A DNA stretch of 63,712 nucleotides, the filler included, from Lama guanicoe (Eukaryota): assembly GCA_013239625.1 (NCBI GenBank). It is 191 parts of 191 records of this genome, joined end to end, with 100 filler letters (N's around TTAATTAATTAA, not from the genome) between each part and the next. Parts side by side here need not be neighbours in the genome. Positions count along the whole stretch, not along the records: positions 61,468 to 61,702 come from PNXV01044978.1; positions 61,803 to 62,037 come from PNXV01044979.1; positions 62,138 to 62,372 come from PNXV01044980.1; positions 62,473 to 62,707 come from PNXV01044981.1; positions 62,808 to 63,042 come from PNXV01044982.1; positions 63,143 to 63,377 come from PNXV01044983.1; positions 63,478 to 63,712 come from PNXV01044984.1; 184 more parts are not named here. One strand, given 5' to 3'. The position numbers were made by a program, and so were the translations under genes. Positions within the stretch are counted from its first letter, which is position 1, and every line of letters starts with the position of its first letter. The notes below the pieces were generated by a model that made no database searches, had not been told where the DNA came from, and worked only from the letters and a program-made list of their open reading frames with translations. Shown here one piece after another: positions 61,693-63,712 of this stretch.

Positions 61693-62472
61693 GCCTCCCA
61701 GGNNNNNNNNNNNNNNNNNNNNNNNNNNNNNNNNNNNNNNNNNNNNTTAATTAATTAANNNNNNNNNNNNNNNNNNNNNNNNNNNNNNNNNNNNNNNNNN
61801 NNCAGGAGGAAAGGCCCTGAGAAGCTTCTGAGAGATCTGCGCTTGCACCTAGAAGGCGTCTTCCACAGGCACAGATTCTCTGAGCTTTGAGGGACTGTGA
61901 GATCTTCCGTTCCACCTATTACTTAAAGAGCTTCTGTGATTTTTATTATATTCTCAATGCCCAAGTTTCACCCTGCTCTCACTGAATTTTAGTGAATAAT
62001 TTCCATGTCTTCATTTAACCCTTTGTGCTGGGGGAAANNNNNNNNNNNNNNNNNNNNNNNNNNNNNNNNNNNNNNNNNNNNTTAATTAATTAANNNNNNN
62101 NNNNNNNNNNNNNNNNNNNNNNNNNNNNNNNNNNNNNCGAAACCGTCAGTTTGTAAAGACGCAGTATCTGCGAAGCAGAGCATCTCTGAGGTGTGCCTGT
62201 GAGTCCTCAGAACAGGGGCCCAGCTCGTGGTGGGAGCTCGGCCAGCGGTGGATAAACGAGCGAGCTGGGGACCCCCACCCGGCCCGGGCCTGTGTCCCTG
62301 CCCCCTCCGCCCTTACTCTGACGTTCATGTGCCTGGGGAGCCAAACGGGTGCTGAGGACGAGGCCGGGGGGGNNNNNNNNNNNNNNNNNNNNNNNNNNNN
62401 NNNNNNNNNNNNNNNNTTAATTAATTAANNNNNNNNNNNNNNNNNNNNNNNNNNNNNNNNNNNNNNNNNNNN

Positions 62473-62707
62473 CCGTGCTGGCCAGCGGACCCGGTTCAAG
62501 GCACCTGTCGCCACTGGAATTACAATGGACATGTCGGTTTGGGTGTTAAGTACTCCAAGGAGGTAGCCACAGCCATCTGGGGGAGCCATCATCCTGGCCA
62601 AGCTCTCCATCGTCCCTGTGCAGAGGCTACTCGGGGAACAAGATTGGCAAGCCCCACACGTTCCTTGCAAGGTGACTGGCCGCTGTGGTTCTGTGCTGGT
62701 GCGCCTC
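62473..62707 (+). pseudogene. RPS2: 40S ribosomal protein S2 processed pseudogene fragment
   Basis: [64 protein letters not shown], broken by about four small indels; no intron at the recalled PCK|VTG exon junction. Confidence 0.95.
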
Positions 62708-63712
62708 NNNNNNNNNNNNNNNNNNNNNNNNNNNNNNNNNNNNNNNNNNNNTTAATTAATTAANNNNNNNNNNNNNNNNNNNNNNNNNNNNNNNNNNNNN
62801 NNNNNNNGGGACTTCTTTGGCAACCCTAATAGCAACAGGCTCAAAAAATAGATTAATTCTAGTCAATGCCAATGTTTTATGGAGCTGGGTCTGGAACAGT
62901 ACCTTGCAGGTCGTTTAGCTTGTTTCAATTTCATGGTCACAATTTACACCCAAGAGTGTAGCCTTGTGACTACAACAGTGTTCAAAGGGAGGCCGCTGAT
63001 TAGACAAGCCTGGCTGCATTGTGCAGCCTCCAGGCAGGCAGANNNNNNNNNNNNNNNNNNNNNNNNNNNNNNNNNNNNNNNNNNNNTTAATTAATTAANN
63101 NNNNNNNNNNNNNNNNNNNNNNNNNNNNNNNNNNNNNNNNNNACAATAAACCAGTAACTTGGGCTCCATCCAGCACTCTTAACCCTTATCTGTGATCTTA
63201 AGAGTGAGACAGTATCTTTTTCTCAGTGAGACACCTGGCCATCACTCACACATTGTACAAACCAAAAACAAACAAACAAACAAAAAAAAACTTCGTTTTC
63301 ATCAGAATATAGTAAGAGATAACTTCTTTTCTAGTTTCTCTTCCCTGGCACCTCTCCCCACCTGTCCCCACCCTCCANNNNNNNNNNNNNNNNNNNNNNN
63401 NNNNNNNNNNNNNNNNNNNNNTTAATTAATTAANNNNNNNNNNNNNNNNNNNNNNNNNNNNNNNNNNNNNNNNNNNNATATAGAATAAGAGTGATGGGCA
63501 GGAGGTGGGGTTCATCTGAACCTGGGGTGATGACTAGGAATATGGTCAGGAGGCAAGAACGAATATTTTCACCCCACCTAAGAATGTAAAACATAAGCAA
63601 AAGCACAGAGCAGGAACGGATTTGGACATAAGGAGTTAATTAAAACAAAAAGAAAAACCTTGTTCTACTGGAAATCAGGATCCTTTCATTAGGGGGAGGA
63701 GGTAAAGTTGAA

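Overview
This window is not a contiguous locus. It is an artificial pseudo-scaffold of 191 unrelated mini-contigs: 166 in a 234-bp class, then 25 in a 235-bp class starting at 55441. They are joined by 190 identical 100-bp spacers (44 N + TTAATTAATTAA + 44 N, stops in all six frames); 44,712 bp of sequence plus 19,000 bp of spacer gives 63,712. The DNA is placental mammal, very likely camelid, inferred from recalled Vic-1-type SINEs and lineage L1 3' ends. Most recognisable content is interspersed repeat: L1, L2, L3/CR1, MIR, MaLR/ERVL/ERV1, Tigger and hAT MITEs. Gene-derived pieces are a complete 83-nt PRIM2 exon absent from the ORF track, a frameshifted ZNF268-like zinc-finger array, an OR2-family olfactory receptor fragment, an LRRC37-family exon fragment, an RPS2 processed pseudogene and a frameshifted ERV1 protease. 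Three near-identical contig pairs each have exactly 49 identical bases at both ends, the signature of de Bruijn bubble arms. Neighbouring fragments have no biological linkage, and I found no support for a novel multi-gene system. Most listed ORFs are artefacts that run into the N spacer. All family and gene names come from recall and need database confirmation.
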